Shown one piece after another: positions 48,574 through 59,200 of a stretch of DNA of 64,000 nucleotides. The notes below the pieces were generated by a model. It made no database searches and was not told the origin of the DNA. It saw nothing but the letters and a program-made list of their open reading frames with translations. Positions within the stretch are counted from its first letter, which is position 1; each line of letters opens with the position of its first letter. The stretch spans positions 6,378 through 70,377 of the forward strand of contig JAGNLA010000009.1 in NCBI GenBank assembly GCA_017999835.1, read 5' to 3'. Source of the DNA: Caldisericia bacterium (GTDB taxonomy: Bacteria > Caldisericota > Caldisericia > JAAYUI01). Position numbers and translations under genes: made by a program.

Positions 48574-49239
48574 ATGGATATTGACATCAACAAGAAAGTT
48601 GATTATGCACACGAAGAAATTGCTGACAGAATAAGAGAAAAACTCAAAACAAACAAAGTGTTGGCGCTCAACATCATCAGCTCGCCTGGTTCAGGCAAAA
48701 CTTCTCTTTTGGAGCGAACCCTGGCAAGATTCCGTGAAGAATTCAACATCACTGTCATCGAAGGCGATCCAGAGACCAACCGCGACGCCCTCAGGCTCGA
48801 AAAGCTCCGCGTGCCTGTATACCTTATCAACACTGCTGGCACCGGTGCTTCCTGCCATCTCTCGCCTGACCAGGTTGAAGAGGCAGTAGACAAACTTTCT
48901 CAAGACAATTCAGACATCATTTTCATTGAAAACGTAGGCAACCTAGTCTGCCCAGCAGCATACGACCTTGGCGAGTTTGCAAAAATCCTGCTCTTTTCAG
49001 TGCCAGAAGGCTCAGATAAACCGGCAAAATACACCCTTGCCTTCCGCAACGCAGACATTGTACTGATAAACAAAACCGACCTGCTCCCATACTGCGATTT
49101 CGACATGGCGGCATTCAAGAAAGACGCTCTGATGGTTAATCCTAAACTCCAGTTTTTTGAAATCTCCATTAAAACCGGCGATGGCCTGCACGAGTGGTTC
49201 GAGTGGATAGAGGAACAGGTGCAAGTGACAAAGAAGTAA
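48574..49239 (+). CDS. hypB: Nickel incorporation GTPase HypB
   Basis: SSPGSGKTSLLE, IEGD.ET..DA, CHL, IENVGNLVCPA.YDLGE, EG.DKP.KY, NKTDL. Confidence 0.95.
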   Translation: MDIDINKKVDYAHEEIADRIREKLKTNKVLALNIISSPGSGKTSLLERTLARFREEFNITVIEGDPETNRDALRLEKLRVPVYLINTAGTGASCHLSPDQVEEAVDKLSQDNSDIIFIENVGNLVCPAAYDLGEFAKILLFSVPEGSDKPAKYTLAFRNADIVLINKTDLLPYCDFDMAAFKKDALMVNPKLQFFEISIKTGDGLHEWFEWIEEQVQVTKK

Positions 49240-49250
49240 TTGATCACAAA

Positions 49251-49286
49251 ATAAAAAAGACCTTCTATAAAGAAGGTCTTTTTTAT
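49251..49286. terminator. Bidirectional intrinsic terminator
   Basis: ATAAAAAAGACCTTCT-ataa-AGAAGGTCTTTTTTAT: perfect 16-bp stem between hypB and hutU. Confidence 0.88.
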
Positions 49287-49298
49287 TGGTTTATTTAC

Positions 49299-50999
49299 TC
49301 AAACTCCCCACATCGGAATTTTCACGTTCTTTTCCTTTGCAACTTTTATTGCTTCGTCGTAACCTGCGTCAACATGACGGATTACGCCCATGCCAGGGTC
49401 ACCGGTTAAAACTCTGTTGAGGCGGGTTGCTGCCTCAGGCGTGCCATCGGCAACCGTAACCTGACCACAATGAATTGAATAACCTATGCCAACGCCGCCG
49501 CCGCCATGAACTGAAACCCAGGAAGCGCCACAGGATGTGGCAAGCAAGGCATTGAGGATTGGCCAGTCTGCCACGGCATCGGAACCGTCTTTCATTGATT
49601 CAGTCTCGCGATTTGGCGAGGCAACCGAACCACAGTCGAGATGGTCACGACCAAAAACTATTGGAGCAGAAATCTTCTTTGACGCCACAAGCTCGTTTAC
49701 TGCCACTCCAAAACGGTTTCTGTCACCATAACCAAGCCAGCAGATGCGAGCAGGCAAGCCTGGAATATTTGCAAAATTCAGTTTTTCGCGAGCCATTTTT
49801 ATCCATCTGGCAAGCGACTTGTCCTGCGGGAACATCTCAAGAACCAACTCGTCAGTCCTGTAGATGTCCTCAGGGTCGCCAGAGAGGGCTGCCCATCTGA
49901 ACGGCCCTTTGCCCTCGCAAAACAGAGGACGGATGTAGGCTGGGACAAAACCTGGGAATGAGAATGCTTGTTTGTGATCCATGCCATTTTTGACAGCTTG
50001 CTGGCGGATGTTGTTGCCATAGTCAAAGGTTATTGAACCTTTTGCTTGCAAATCAAGCATTGCCTGGACATGAACCTGGACGGTCCTATAAGATTCTTCA
50101 AGGTATTTTTTGGAGTCTCTGCCACGAAGTTCGAGTGCTTCCCTGTAGCTCATGCCGTTTGGCACATAACCACCCAGCATGTCATGAGATGAGGTTTGGT
50201 CGGTAAGAGCGTCAGAGATGAAATTGTGAGCCACAAAATACGGCAGCGCATCAGCGCAGTTAGCCACCAAACCAATCGAAACAGCTTCACCTTTTTCCTT
50301 GGCTGCAAGCGCCATTTTCATGGCTTCGTCAATTGAGCTGGTTTTTTTGTCCAGATAACCTTCAGCAATACGCTGGTCAATCATTTCTTCGTCGATGTCG
50401 ACTATGAGGCACACACCTTCGTTCATCGTTACTGCCAGGGGCTGAGCTCCGCCCATCTGTCCGCAGCCACCGGTGACAACTATCCTGTTTTTGAGGGTTC
50501 CACCAAAATGTTTGTTGGCGCACTCGGCAAAGGTGTTGTAGGTTCCCTGCAATATTCCTTGAGTACCGATATAAATCCATGATCCGGCTGTCATCTGGCC
50601 GTACATCATCAAGCCTTTTTTCTCCAGGTCGTCAAAGTATTCTTTTGTACTCCAAAATGGGACAATCATCGAGTTAGCAATAAGGACTCTCGGCGCATCA
50701 GCATGGGTCTTGAATGTTCCTACCGGTTTCCCACTTTGAATAAGAAGTGTTTCGTCATTTTCGAGATTTGTCAAAGATTTTACGATCGCATCGTAAGCCA
50801 GCCAGCCACGGGCTGCCCTGCCGGTACCACCATAAACAATCAGTTCTTCCCATTTGCGGGTTTGTTCGAGATTGTTTTGAAGCATTCTAAGCGCTGCTTC
50901 CTGTATCCAGCCTTTGCACGTTAGCTTTGTTCCTCTGATTGCCTTTATTGGGGTCTTTGGTGCGTCTTTAGCGTAGGAAATGTTGTAGTTTTCTTTCAT
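49299..50999 (-). CDS. hutU: Urocanate hydratase
   Basis: [91 protein letters not shown]. Confidence 0.98.
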   Translation of the reverse strand: MKENYNISYAKDAPKTPIKAIRGTKLTCKGWIQEAALRMLQNNLEQTRKWEELIVYGGTGRAARGWLAYDAIVKSLTNLENDETLLIQSGKPVGTFKTHADAPRVLIANSMIVPFWSTKEYFDDLEKKGLMMYGQMTAGSWIYIGTQGILQGTYNTFAECANKHFGGTLKNRIVVTGGCGQMGGAQPLAVTMNEGVCLIVDIDEEMIDQRIAEGYLDKKTSSIDEAMKMALAAKEKGEAVSIGLVANCADALPYFVAHNFISDALTDQTSSHDMLGGYVPNGMSYREALELRGRDSKKYLEESYRTVQVHVQAMLDLQAKGSITFDYGNNIRQQAVKNGMDHKQAFSFPGFVPAYIRPLFCEGKGPFRWAALSGDPEDIYRTDELVLEMFPQDKSLARWIKMAREKLNFANIPGLPARICWLGYGDRNRFGVAVNELVASKKISAPIVFGRDHLDCGSVASPNRETESMKDGSDAVADWPILNALLATSCGASWVSVHGGGGVGIGYSIHCGQVTVADGTPEAATRLNRVLTGDPGMGVIRHVDAGYDEAIKVAKEKNVKIPMWGV

Positions 51000-51003
51000 T
51001 TCT

Positions 51004-52302
51004 TTAAATGACCTTCTTTTTTGATGTGTATGCAAAATCGCTCTGGGTGAACTTCAAGTCTGTATCGCCAACGCGAATGATGTCGCCATCATTGAGTTTC
51101 TGCGGTTCTAAAACTCTTTTTTTATTGAGAAAGGTTCCCATGACTGATTCAGCATCCGAAACATAGAAACCATCTGCTTTTTCAAAGATTATTGCGTGCT
51201 TGACCGAAACAGTAGGGTCGTCGACAAAGAAATCTGCCCCGGGGTCTGTACCTATCAAGACCTTGTTTTTTCTTATCCTGAACTGGCTGTCATCGTCATC
51301 GGCAAGCGAAATCCAGGCAAGGTAGTGCAAGTCTGCATCGACTTGTTTTTCTACCACTTTCTTGCCTTTAGGTACATGAGTTTTTTTAATCGAGATTACC
51401 CAAAATACAAGCGCGACAAGCAAAAGTCCAGCAATAACAAACCACACCCAGACAAATGACGTTTTACCTTCAATAGAAAACTTTACTGGCACTTTTTCAG
51501 ATGTGTTGCCATTGTCTGCGATCAACACAATTTCATAGCTACCGGAACTTAAATTCGGCAGGTTCGAAAAATCTATTGAATAGAGCGATTCATTCCATTG
51601 TTTTAGCTTATTGATATAAGTCTTGAGCTCGTTGTGGTTGAAGCTGCCAGAAGGATAATAGAGGCCATTGGTTTGCTTGGCAATGCTCGTAAGGACATGC
51701 ACTTTGACGTTTGCAGGTGGAGCAAGGATAATGATTGGGTACTTGTCAGAGATCATATCTTTGTTTTTGCTGCCAGTATCATCTCCATCAGAAAACAAGA
51801 AAATAACGCCTTTTCTGTCAGGTTGGCTGTCAAGCAGCTCTCGAGCCTGATCGAGTGCTTCAAAAACATAAGTATCGGTTTCCTTGGCCGCAAGCTCACC
51901 CATGAGTACCGCGGCTTCGGATGGATTTGTTGAGAACTTGATCGGGATTTCAACCGTTCCTGAGAACACCATCATTGAAAAGGTGTCATTGTTTGCAAAC
52001 AGACTTGTGATATCGGCCATTATTGGTTTTAGTGATTTGAGGTTGTAGCCTACTGATTGCGAGATGTCCACGCAGAAAACAACATTGATCGGGTCGCCCT
52101 GATCCTCAATCTTTGAGGTCTTGCCCTCAAACTGTTCGCCATAGACATCCAACAAGAATTTTGGGTTGGATATGTCTTTGCTCAAACTGACGGTTGCTCT
52201 TGCATTAGGCCAGGTTTTGGATTCAAATGACTTCAGCTCTAAACCGATAACCATCGTTGGTACAAGACAAACGACAGCTATCAGTAAAGCAATTTTTTTC
52301 AT
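51004..52302 (-). CDS. Membrane protein: extracytoplasmic vWA domain, TM helix, cytoplasmic FHA-like domain
   Basis: Signal peptide, MIDAS VDISQS...T...FSDGDD, TM segment [23 protein letters not shown]-like IG...D..V.D..VS.KHA.I...GTFLN.....L.DGD.I.VG. Confidence 0.85.
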   Translation of the reverse strand: MKKIALLIAVVCLVPTMVIGLELKSFESKTWPNARATVSLSKDISNPKFLLDVYGEQFEGKTSKIEDQGDPINVVFCVDISQSVGYNLKSLKPIMADITSLFANNDTFSMMVFSGTVEIPIKFSTNPSEAAVLMGELAAKETDTYVFEALDQARELLDSQPDRKGVIFLFSDGDDTGSKNKDMISDKYPIIILAPPANVKVHVLTSIAKQTNGLYYPSGSFNHNELKTYINKLKQWNESLYSIDFSNLPNLSSGSYEIVLIADNGNTSEKVPVKFSIEGKTSFVWVWFVIAGLLLVALVFWVISIKKTHVPKGKKVVEKQVDADLHYLAWISLADDDDSQFRIRKNKVLIGTDPGADFFVDDPTVSVKHAIIFEKADGFYVSDAESVMGTFLNKKRVLEPQKLNDGDIIRVGDTDLKFTQSDFAYTSKKKVI

Positions 52303-53498
52303 TTTGTCAATTTCACCAGTTTCACGTATCTTCTCTTGCCAACCTTAACGATCACAGGATCGCTTGGTTCATCGATGTTTGCCAGCGGATCTGTCACAAT
52401 AAGTTCATTAATCGATACTGCGTTTGATTGGATAAGTCTTCTTGCCTCTGATCCCGAAGGCGCCATGCCAAGTTTCTGGAGAAGTTTTGCAAGCTGAATA
52501 GGGTACTCCTCATGCTTTAGCGAGACTTCATTGATATCCGTAGGGATAGCATGTTTTGAAAAAACTGAGATGAACTCTTCCTTAGCCTTCTCGCCTTCCC
52601 CGTCTCCATGCCAGATATCAATGACCTTGACAGCCATGTCCATCTTGAAGTCTCTCGGGTTTGCGCCATTTTCCATGTCGGCTTTTGCCTTCTTGCAAAC
52701 ATCCATCGACGCATGTGCGGCATACTGGAGATAAGTAAGGATGAGATGGTCTGGAATGCTCATGAGTTTTCCAAACATCTGGTTCGGTTCGTCGAGGAGG
52801 TCAACGGTGTTGCCGATTGACTTGCTCATCTTGATAACACCGTCTGTACCCGGGAGAATTGGCATGGTGATTATTGTTTGAGGTTCCATGCCCATTTCCT
52901 TCTGGAGTTCACGCGCTGCCAGGAAATTGAACTTTTGGTCGGTTCCACCAATCTCGATGTCAGCCTTGATTGCGACTGAATCGAATGCCTGGCAAACAAC
53001 GTAGAGCAACTCGTGCAGGTATATTGGCACCTCTGCCCTCATCCTGTTTGTGAAATCATCGCGTTCCAGGATTCTTGCAACGGTGAACTTTGCCATGAGC
53101 TTTATGATGTCGCTTGCGTCGAGTTTTCCGAGCCATTCAGAGTTGAACCTGAGCATGCCTTCGGTTGGATTGAGGACTCTTGCCACCTGATCGATATAGG
53201 TTCTGGCGTTTTCCTTAATCGCTTCCTCAGACAGGGGTTTTCTTGTCTCTTTCCTGCCAGAAGGATCACCGATCATTGCCGTATAATCGCCAATGACAAA
53301 AATGACCTTGTGGCCCATGTCCTGAAACTGCTTGAGTTTCTTAAGAACAACCGCATGACCGAGGTGCAAATGAGGAGCGGTTGGGTCGGCTCCAAGCTTG
53401 ATAACCAAAGGTTTGCTTGACTTAAGCTTCTGCTCTATTCCATCTTCCGGAATAATTTCAGCGCAACCGTATTTCAATTCTTCAACTGTTTTGTCCAT
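52299..53498 (-). CDS. tyrS: Tyrosine--tRNA ligase
   Basis: KLGADPTAPHLHLGH (HIGH), GGTDQKFN, KMSKS and a C-terminal S4 domain. Confidence 0.98.
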   Translation of the reverse strand: MDKTVEELKYGCAEIIPEDGIEQKLKSSKPLVIKLGADPTAPHLHLGHAVVLKKLKQFQDMGHKVIFVIGDYTAMIGDPSGRKETRKPLSEEAIKENARTYIDQVARVLNPTEGMLRFNSEWLGKLDASDIIKLMAKFTVARILERDDFTNRMRAEVPIYLHELLYVVCQAFDSVAIKADIEIGGTDQKFNFLAARELQKEMGMEPQTIITMPILPGTDGVIKMSKSIGNTVDLLDEPNQMFGKLMSIPDHLILTYLQYAAHASMDVCKKAKADMENGANPRDFKMDMAVKVIDIWHGDGEGEKAKEEFISVFSKHAIPTDINEVSLKHEEYPIQLAKLLQKLGMAPSGSEARRLIQSNAVSINELIVTDPLANIDEPSDPVIVKVGKRRYVKLVKLTK

Positions 53499-54117
53499 GA
53501 TTCACCCACATGTATAAGTATGACAGAGTTCCTGATAAGTACAGGATTGACGATGCCAGTATCCAGATTTCGGAAAACTGCAGTCTTGCTGCAAACGCAG
53601 CCATTGCATAGAAGAAAAATGTGACCGTCCAGAACATGTAAGACGACCTCAGCCTTGAGGCAAAAAATGAAGCAAGCCAGATGCAAAAAACGCCGGCCGT
53701 TGCTATCATATTCAGCCATATAAGCTGTGTATTGAAATTGATGTTAAGTGGTGCCGTAAATGACCACCGCACAAGAAACACCAGAAATGGTGAAAGCGGA
53801 ACAAAGGTGATCAGGTAAAGGATAATCTTGTCGGCAAGCCCAGGCACGGAGACATCGGAAAACTGAATCCAGATGTTACCGATTGCCCAAAATGTGGCCA
53901 TGAAGAAAGCCGTTGAAACCACATAGCCAAGAGAACACAGGTAACCAACTGAAAAAACAATCATGGCAGCGGTGAGCAAACAGCTCATCAGAAGATACGA
54001 ATACATCCTGAAAGAGTAACGTTTTTTGAAATCCCTTGCCACAACGACAACTTTTACCAACCCAGCGAGTGCGGCCAATATAAAAAACAGACCAGTCAGA
54101 AATCTAGTCCAAATCAC
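53482..54117 (-). CDS. Integral membrane protein with about 7 TM segments, unknown function
   Basis: 211 aa with seven hydrophobic stretches; overlaps its neighbours in an operon-like manner. Confidence 0.65.
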   Translation of the reverse strand: MIWTRFLTGLFFILAALAGLVKVVVVARDFKKRYSFRMYSYLLMSCLLTAAMIVFSVGYLCSLGYVVSTAFFMATFWAIGNIWIQFSDVSVPGLADKIILYLITFVPLSPFLVFLVRWSFTAPLNINFNTQLIWLNMIATAGVFCIWLASFFASRLRSSYMFWTVTFFFYAMAAFAARLQFSEIWILASSILYLSGTLSYLYMWVNHGQNS

Positions 54118-54947
54118 AACTTTTCTCCGATTGCCGCCTTGTCAATGGTCAATTCCTTGCCATGGATGTCTACCAGGCCGATTAAACCTTGTCTGTGGAG
54201 TCTCGTGATTGCCTGAGAGATATTCTTTTGATCAAGGTGCAACTTTTTCATTATTCGGTCAAGGTTTGTCCTGCCATCGACCTGCTGGTATATCATGTCC
54301 TGGAGTGCAGTCTCAACACCAATCCTTGCCCCTTCGATGGTTTCTTTTGGAACAAACAGCGATTTGCCTCTTGCAGGCATAGGTATCACCTGGAGGTTGA
54401 GCATTCTGAACTGAAGTGATCTGATGATGTTGGCTGACTGGAGATCGAAGAGGATTTTGTAGACAGCAAGATAGCCAAGTCCAGATTTCTCGGCTACCTG
54501 TTTGGCTGAAAGTCTGCCATCGATGAGCCTGAGGATTTTCCAATCTTTTGGGGCCATGGCAAAATCGCACACCGAATCGGGATCCTGCGAAGCAACTTCG
54601 AATACTTCATCAGACATGTTCCTTCCGGCTACTATCACATTCCATTCTTCCAGGAGTTTTGACCCCTCTATAAGAAGCGAGTCAAGCGGTTCATAGACCG
54701 TTCTAAGATCAATTTTACCTCTCTCGTCAAAAGTAAACTGACCTTCGTCCCAGATGAGCAACTCATAGAAAGCCTGGGCACCTGTGAGCTTGGCCAGAGA
54801 ACAGTGATAGAGTTTACCATGATTGAAATAACACTTAGCCTGCCTGGTGCCGTCGTCAATTTTGAGGGCGCCAGATTTGCCTTCCATAGTTATAAGCTGA
54901 AGAAGTGAATGCAGCTTGAAACTTTTTATATCACCTACCAGAGCCAT
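54114..54947 (-). CDS. DUF4388 (PatA-N-like) domain protein with two C-terminal wHTH-like repeats
   Basis: LVGDIKSFKLHSLLQLI..EGKSGAL, YF..GKL.H...G..AFYELL.W.EGQF.F, LLIEG; repeats LRLIDGR......L and YQQVDGR......L..QGLI. GGAGG RBS. Confidence 0.8.
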   Translation of the reverse strand: MALVGDIKSFKLHSLLQLITMEGKSGALKIDDGTRQAKCYFNHGKLYHCSLAKLTGAQAFYELLIWDEGQFTFDERGKIDLRTVYEPLDSLLIEGSKLLEEWNVIVAGRNMSDEVFEVASQDPDSVCDFAMAPKDWKILRLIDGRLSAKQVAEKSGLGYLAVYKILFDLQSANIIRSLQFRMLNLQVIPMPARGKSLFVPKETIEGARIGVETALQDMIYQQVDGRTNLDRIMKKLHLDQKNISQAITRLHRQGLIGLVDIHGKELTIDKAAIGEKL

Positions 54948-55115
54948 ACACCCTCCAATCAAGGTATTTTCAATACAATTCTAGTTTGGGACTCGAGTTT
55001 GTCAACCTCACGCAGTCATTTTATTGGGATAGCTGTCATATATCCTATTTTACCATACAAACAAGACAAATAATACCAGCTTGAACCCACAAGATAAATG
55101 ATGTAGATTTGTTCC

Positions 55116-56276
55116 ATGACATCTGGAAGAATAAAATTCAATCCTGTCTTAATTCTGCTCTACACCTTGTCTGGTGTCATCTGTGCGTTCGCTTTTCAAA
55201 CATGTATCGCCCCTGTAATTGATCAGGTTGCGCAAACAAACAATTTATCATTTTTTCTACGAACAATCATCATGTCAGCACCATCGCTGGGTTCTATGGC
55301 GTTTCTAATTCCAAGTGGAAAAATGCTCGACAAGGGCAATCCGGTAAGGTTATCCCTGCCATTCTTGTCGGCGGCGCTGATTCTCTCAATTTTGAGCATA
55401 TTCACGACCAACACTGTTTGGATGCTCGTGCTGAGACTTTGCGCTGGCCTGGCGTTTGCTCCATTATACATTTACGGTATTCAAATAATCTCGCTTGTTG
55501 CCCCTCCCCAATCAAAAAACACTCTTTCAACCATCCAGACGCTTGGCGCACCAATGGCTTATCTGCTAACGTCACTGTTATCTTCGGTAATTACAATAAA
55601 CCTTGGTTTCAATTTTACGTATTTAATACCGATACCATTTGCAATAATTGGCATTGTTGGCTCAGTTTATTACTGGAATCTTGAACTCCCGGAAAGGAAA
55701 ACTCAAACGCAAACAAGAGGCTGGCTTTCGAAAGAGTCGCTTGTTCTGGCTGCTTGCTGGTTTTTGTTCTCAATGTGCACCAGCGTGTTCATTTTCCTGG
55801 GACCGAACATGGCCAGGACGCTCTACAATTTTTCACCGATTGCCGCCGGTTTTACTAACCTGACTTTTGCAATCCCAGCCATGATTGTTGGGTTTATCAT
55901 TGGTTCATTTGTCGACAAAAAAGTAAAACGTTTCACTCTCATATCCTATCCTTCATTAATTCTTGGAATTTTGATTTTTTCAACATCCCTGGGGCGAATT
56001 CCCTTTATTGTGTCCATTTTTATAATGGGTTTTGCCGCATCGCTAATTCCTCCAATGATTTTCACCACACCCCCAAGAATTGAGCCTCCATCAAAAATTG
56101 CTCAATCCATCAGCTTTATAAACATGGCCGGCACCTTTGCCATGCTCATCTCGTCACCAATTGCCGGTCTGCTTAAAGACACTCTCCAGTCCTGGGTGGC
56201 TCCGTTTGCCTACGCTGGACTGATGGGTATCTCGATATTCTTTGTGGCATTGACTATAAAAAGGAGTCTTTCATGA
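55116..56276 (+). CDS. MFS transporter
   Basis: About 12 TM segments; motif A-like SGKMLDK.N and GSFVDKK.KR; LRLCAGLAF. Confidence 0.82.
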   Translation: MTSGRIKFNPVLILLYTLSGVICAFAFQTCIAPVIDQVAQTNNLSFFLRTIIMSAPSLGSMAFLIPSGKMLDKGNPVRLSLPFLSAALILSILSIFTTNTVWMLVLRLCAGLAFAPLYIYGIQIISLVAPPQSKNTLSTIQTLGAPMAYLLTSLLSSVITINLGFNFTYLIPIPFAIIGIVGSVYYWNLELPERKTQTQTRGWLSKESLVLAACWFLFSMCTSVFIFLGPNMARTLYNFSPIAAGFTNLTFAIPAMIVGFIIGSFVDKKVKRFTLISYPSLILGILIFSTSLGRIPFIVSIFIMGFAASLIPPMIFTTPPRIEPPSKIAQSISFINMAGTFAMLISSPIAGLLKDTLQSWVAPFAYAGLMGISIFFVALTIKRSLS

Positions 56277-59200
56277 AACAAGTTAAGGTTGTTATCGCAA
56301 TTCTTGTCGCTGTTGCAGGCATCAGCTCGATTTCAGCTGAAGACGGAAAAAAGTATGACCTCTCGGCAACTCTGACAATCGAACCAGGTCAAACGGCAAC
56401 AGTCTCGGTTGTTGATGGTTTGCTCAAGATTGGGGGGCAAACAAGGCCAGAGGTTCCGGCAATAGTCAACTCCTCACCAGAATGGCTCAGGTACGACCTT
56501 GAGCTAGCGTTCTCGAAACTTGCCAAGTCACCCGAGAGGGTAGGCAAAGGCGCCTATCTTGCGTTTGCAAAGATCGATGGCAAGGAAGCCATCGTGCTCT
56601 CATCATCTGGCAAAAAACCGTTCATAGTAGGTCTACCAGGTTATGATGATATGTCATCGATGTTGCCGGCAAACATTGACCCAACTGCAAGAATAGCCGT
56701 TACCGATATTGACTCTGACGGAAACGCTGACCTTGTGGTTTGTCCAAAAACCAAAGGCTACTACTACCTTCTTGGCCCGGATTTCTCAGTCTCCACCAAA
56801 TCCGGCAACATTAGCATTAATCCTGAAGACGCAAAAAAGCCGCTCTACCCAATCGGTTTTGCCGATGACACAGTGCAGCTTGTCACCGAACCAAAAGAAT
56901 TTGGCTTCTGGGATATGGCTGGCAGCTACAAATCCTGCAAACAGGAAAACTTCGTCATGCCGTTGCCAAGAGCGTACGGCGTCATGACTTCGATGGGCTT
57001 GTTCTACATCGACGGTTCTGGAGATTTGAGACTGTTTGATGCAAGGCTTACAGGTGTAAAAAATGAAGTGCCGACCGGCTTTTCAGGAAAAACTGAAGAC
57101 GGCTTGCCAGGTTTTGATGGTGAAGCTCATCTGGCTTTTGACAAAGGCAAGATTTATGCAGGCTTACTTGACGGCAGCGTCAAAACAATGGAGTACACAA
57201 AATCAGGCTGGAAAGTTGAGCCACTCAAAACAAAACTGACTTTTGGTACAAAACTCTCAATTCAGATTGCCGACGGAAATCTTTATTTTGCTGACTCAAA
57301 GTCAAAAAACATCCAGCTTGCAAAGGGTTCGGACTGGTCAAAGGCAGAAAAACTGAATGCGACCTCAGACACGCCGTTTGCAGCAGCAGACGTCAACGGT
57401 GACAAAAATGCAGACTTAGCCGTCATCCAGGGCAACAAACTCGCGATTCTTGCCGGCCCAGAGTTCAAAACTTCAATTAAAAACATCGAACAGTGGGTCG
57501 AAAGAAAGAAAAACGACAAGGAAACAGAAAAAGTTTCACTCATCGACAACGGATGTTCGCCAGCTTTTGCCGACTTCAACTCCGACGGAAAGACCGATCT
57601 TCTTATAGGTTTGCGTGATGGCAGAATCCTCTCGTTTGCCGGGCCAAACTTTGACAAAACCGATACCTTCGACTGGCTCGACGCAGGCGACTTTGCCGCC
57701 CCCCAGTTTGGCGATGTTGACCTGGACGGAAAAGACGATCTGCTGGTTTCAAACGTTGACGGCAGGCTGTTTTGCTACAGGAAGGTTGGAGACATATGGC
57801 AGGAGTGGAAATCGTGGTCGTTTATACCAACCCCAAGCCAGGCAGTTGTTTCTGATTACTTCAACTCCTACATGCACGATGCGCCGCTTGTTCAGTGGAA
57901 GAACGATCCGGACACGGTAAAAGCTTACTCATCCCAGCTTGAAAACTGCGATCCGAAGATGTTTGACGAGATAGCATTTGTCATTGCCGAAACCTCCCCC
58001 GAAATCCTGCGTACAATGTCGCGAATGGGTCAGGCTGACATAGTAACCAGAAACGCCAAAACCATCTACGAATACGCGCCAACGCTGCCATACCTCAAGT
58101 TGGTAGAAAAACCTGATTTCACAACCATCTCATACAAGGTTGCCGGCAAAGAAGTCGAGCTGCCAAGGGATGATTACTACTGGTATGTCGTGCATCCAAG
58201 GATTCTGTTCGAGCTGCCAATCGGCGTTGACTGTTCCTGGTGGGACAAGTCAGCTCAGGACAGGGACATGGGCATCGAAGACTGGTGGAAGCACGAGGAG
58301 AACATCTATCTTGCCAAGGACAAAGCCGTTTTCTGGAGGGAAGCTTACAAGACCGACAAGACCTACGGCGAATCCGTGCTTGAAGCCGCGCAAAAATCGC
58401 AAACCTACGAAGACGCTATGAAAAACGTTTTCTGGCTCAAGGGTTTGGGCAAGGAAAGACTCTTCACATTTGGTTATCTCACCAATGACCTTTTCCCGTG
58501 GCAGATTTTCAAAAAACACTACGGCTCATGTGGCGAAAATTCCATTGTTTTTGCCTCAATGGCAAGGGCTGCTCTGCTTCCATGCTACGTTGCAATCGAC
58601 CAGGGCGAGGATCACCAGTGGAACGAAGTCTGGATGCCAGACGGCTGGAGACACGTTGAGCCAAGTTCTGAAACTCTGACCTGGGATGTCCCGTGGATTC
58701 CACCAAACGAGGGCTGGGATCACAACAGTAAAACAATTTCAGCAATCGTTGGCTGGAGAGGCGATGATTATATGTTTGCCACCACAGCAACAGTCCACAA
58801 TGGCAAGCCAGGATTCACAAAGAGTGGAAAAGGCTACACCGACACAGCCGATGTCTCTTTCAAAATTCTTGATTCAGAGGATAAACCAGTTGAAGGCGGT
58901 CTGGTCATTGTCAGGTCAGGTTGGAACAACTCCAACAACGTCGCCATCTGGGGCTACACAAACACCAACGGCACAACCAAGTTTGACCTTGGCTACGAGC
59001 CATATTATGTCATCGACGTGGTCACCCCCTATGGCATAACCGGACTTTCTAGATTTGTCGTCAAAGAACTTGAAAAATACGAAGTTACACTCAAGATTCC
59101 CGGCAAAGCGCCAAAAAATGGCAACCCTCTCTACAACGAACCCACCCAAACAGGCACAAATGTTTTGTTTGAGTCAGTCACAGATGAGCAGAGACCGATG

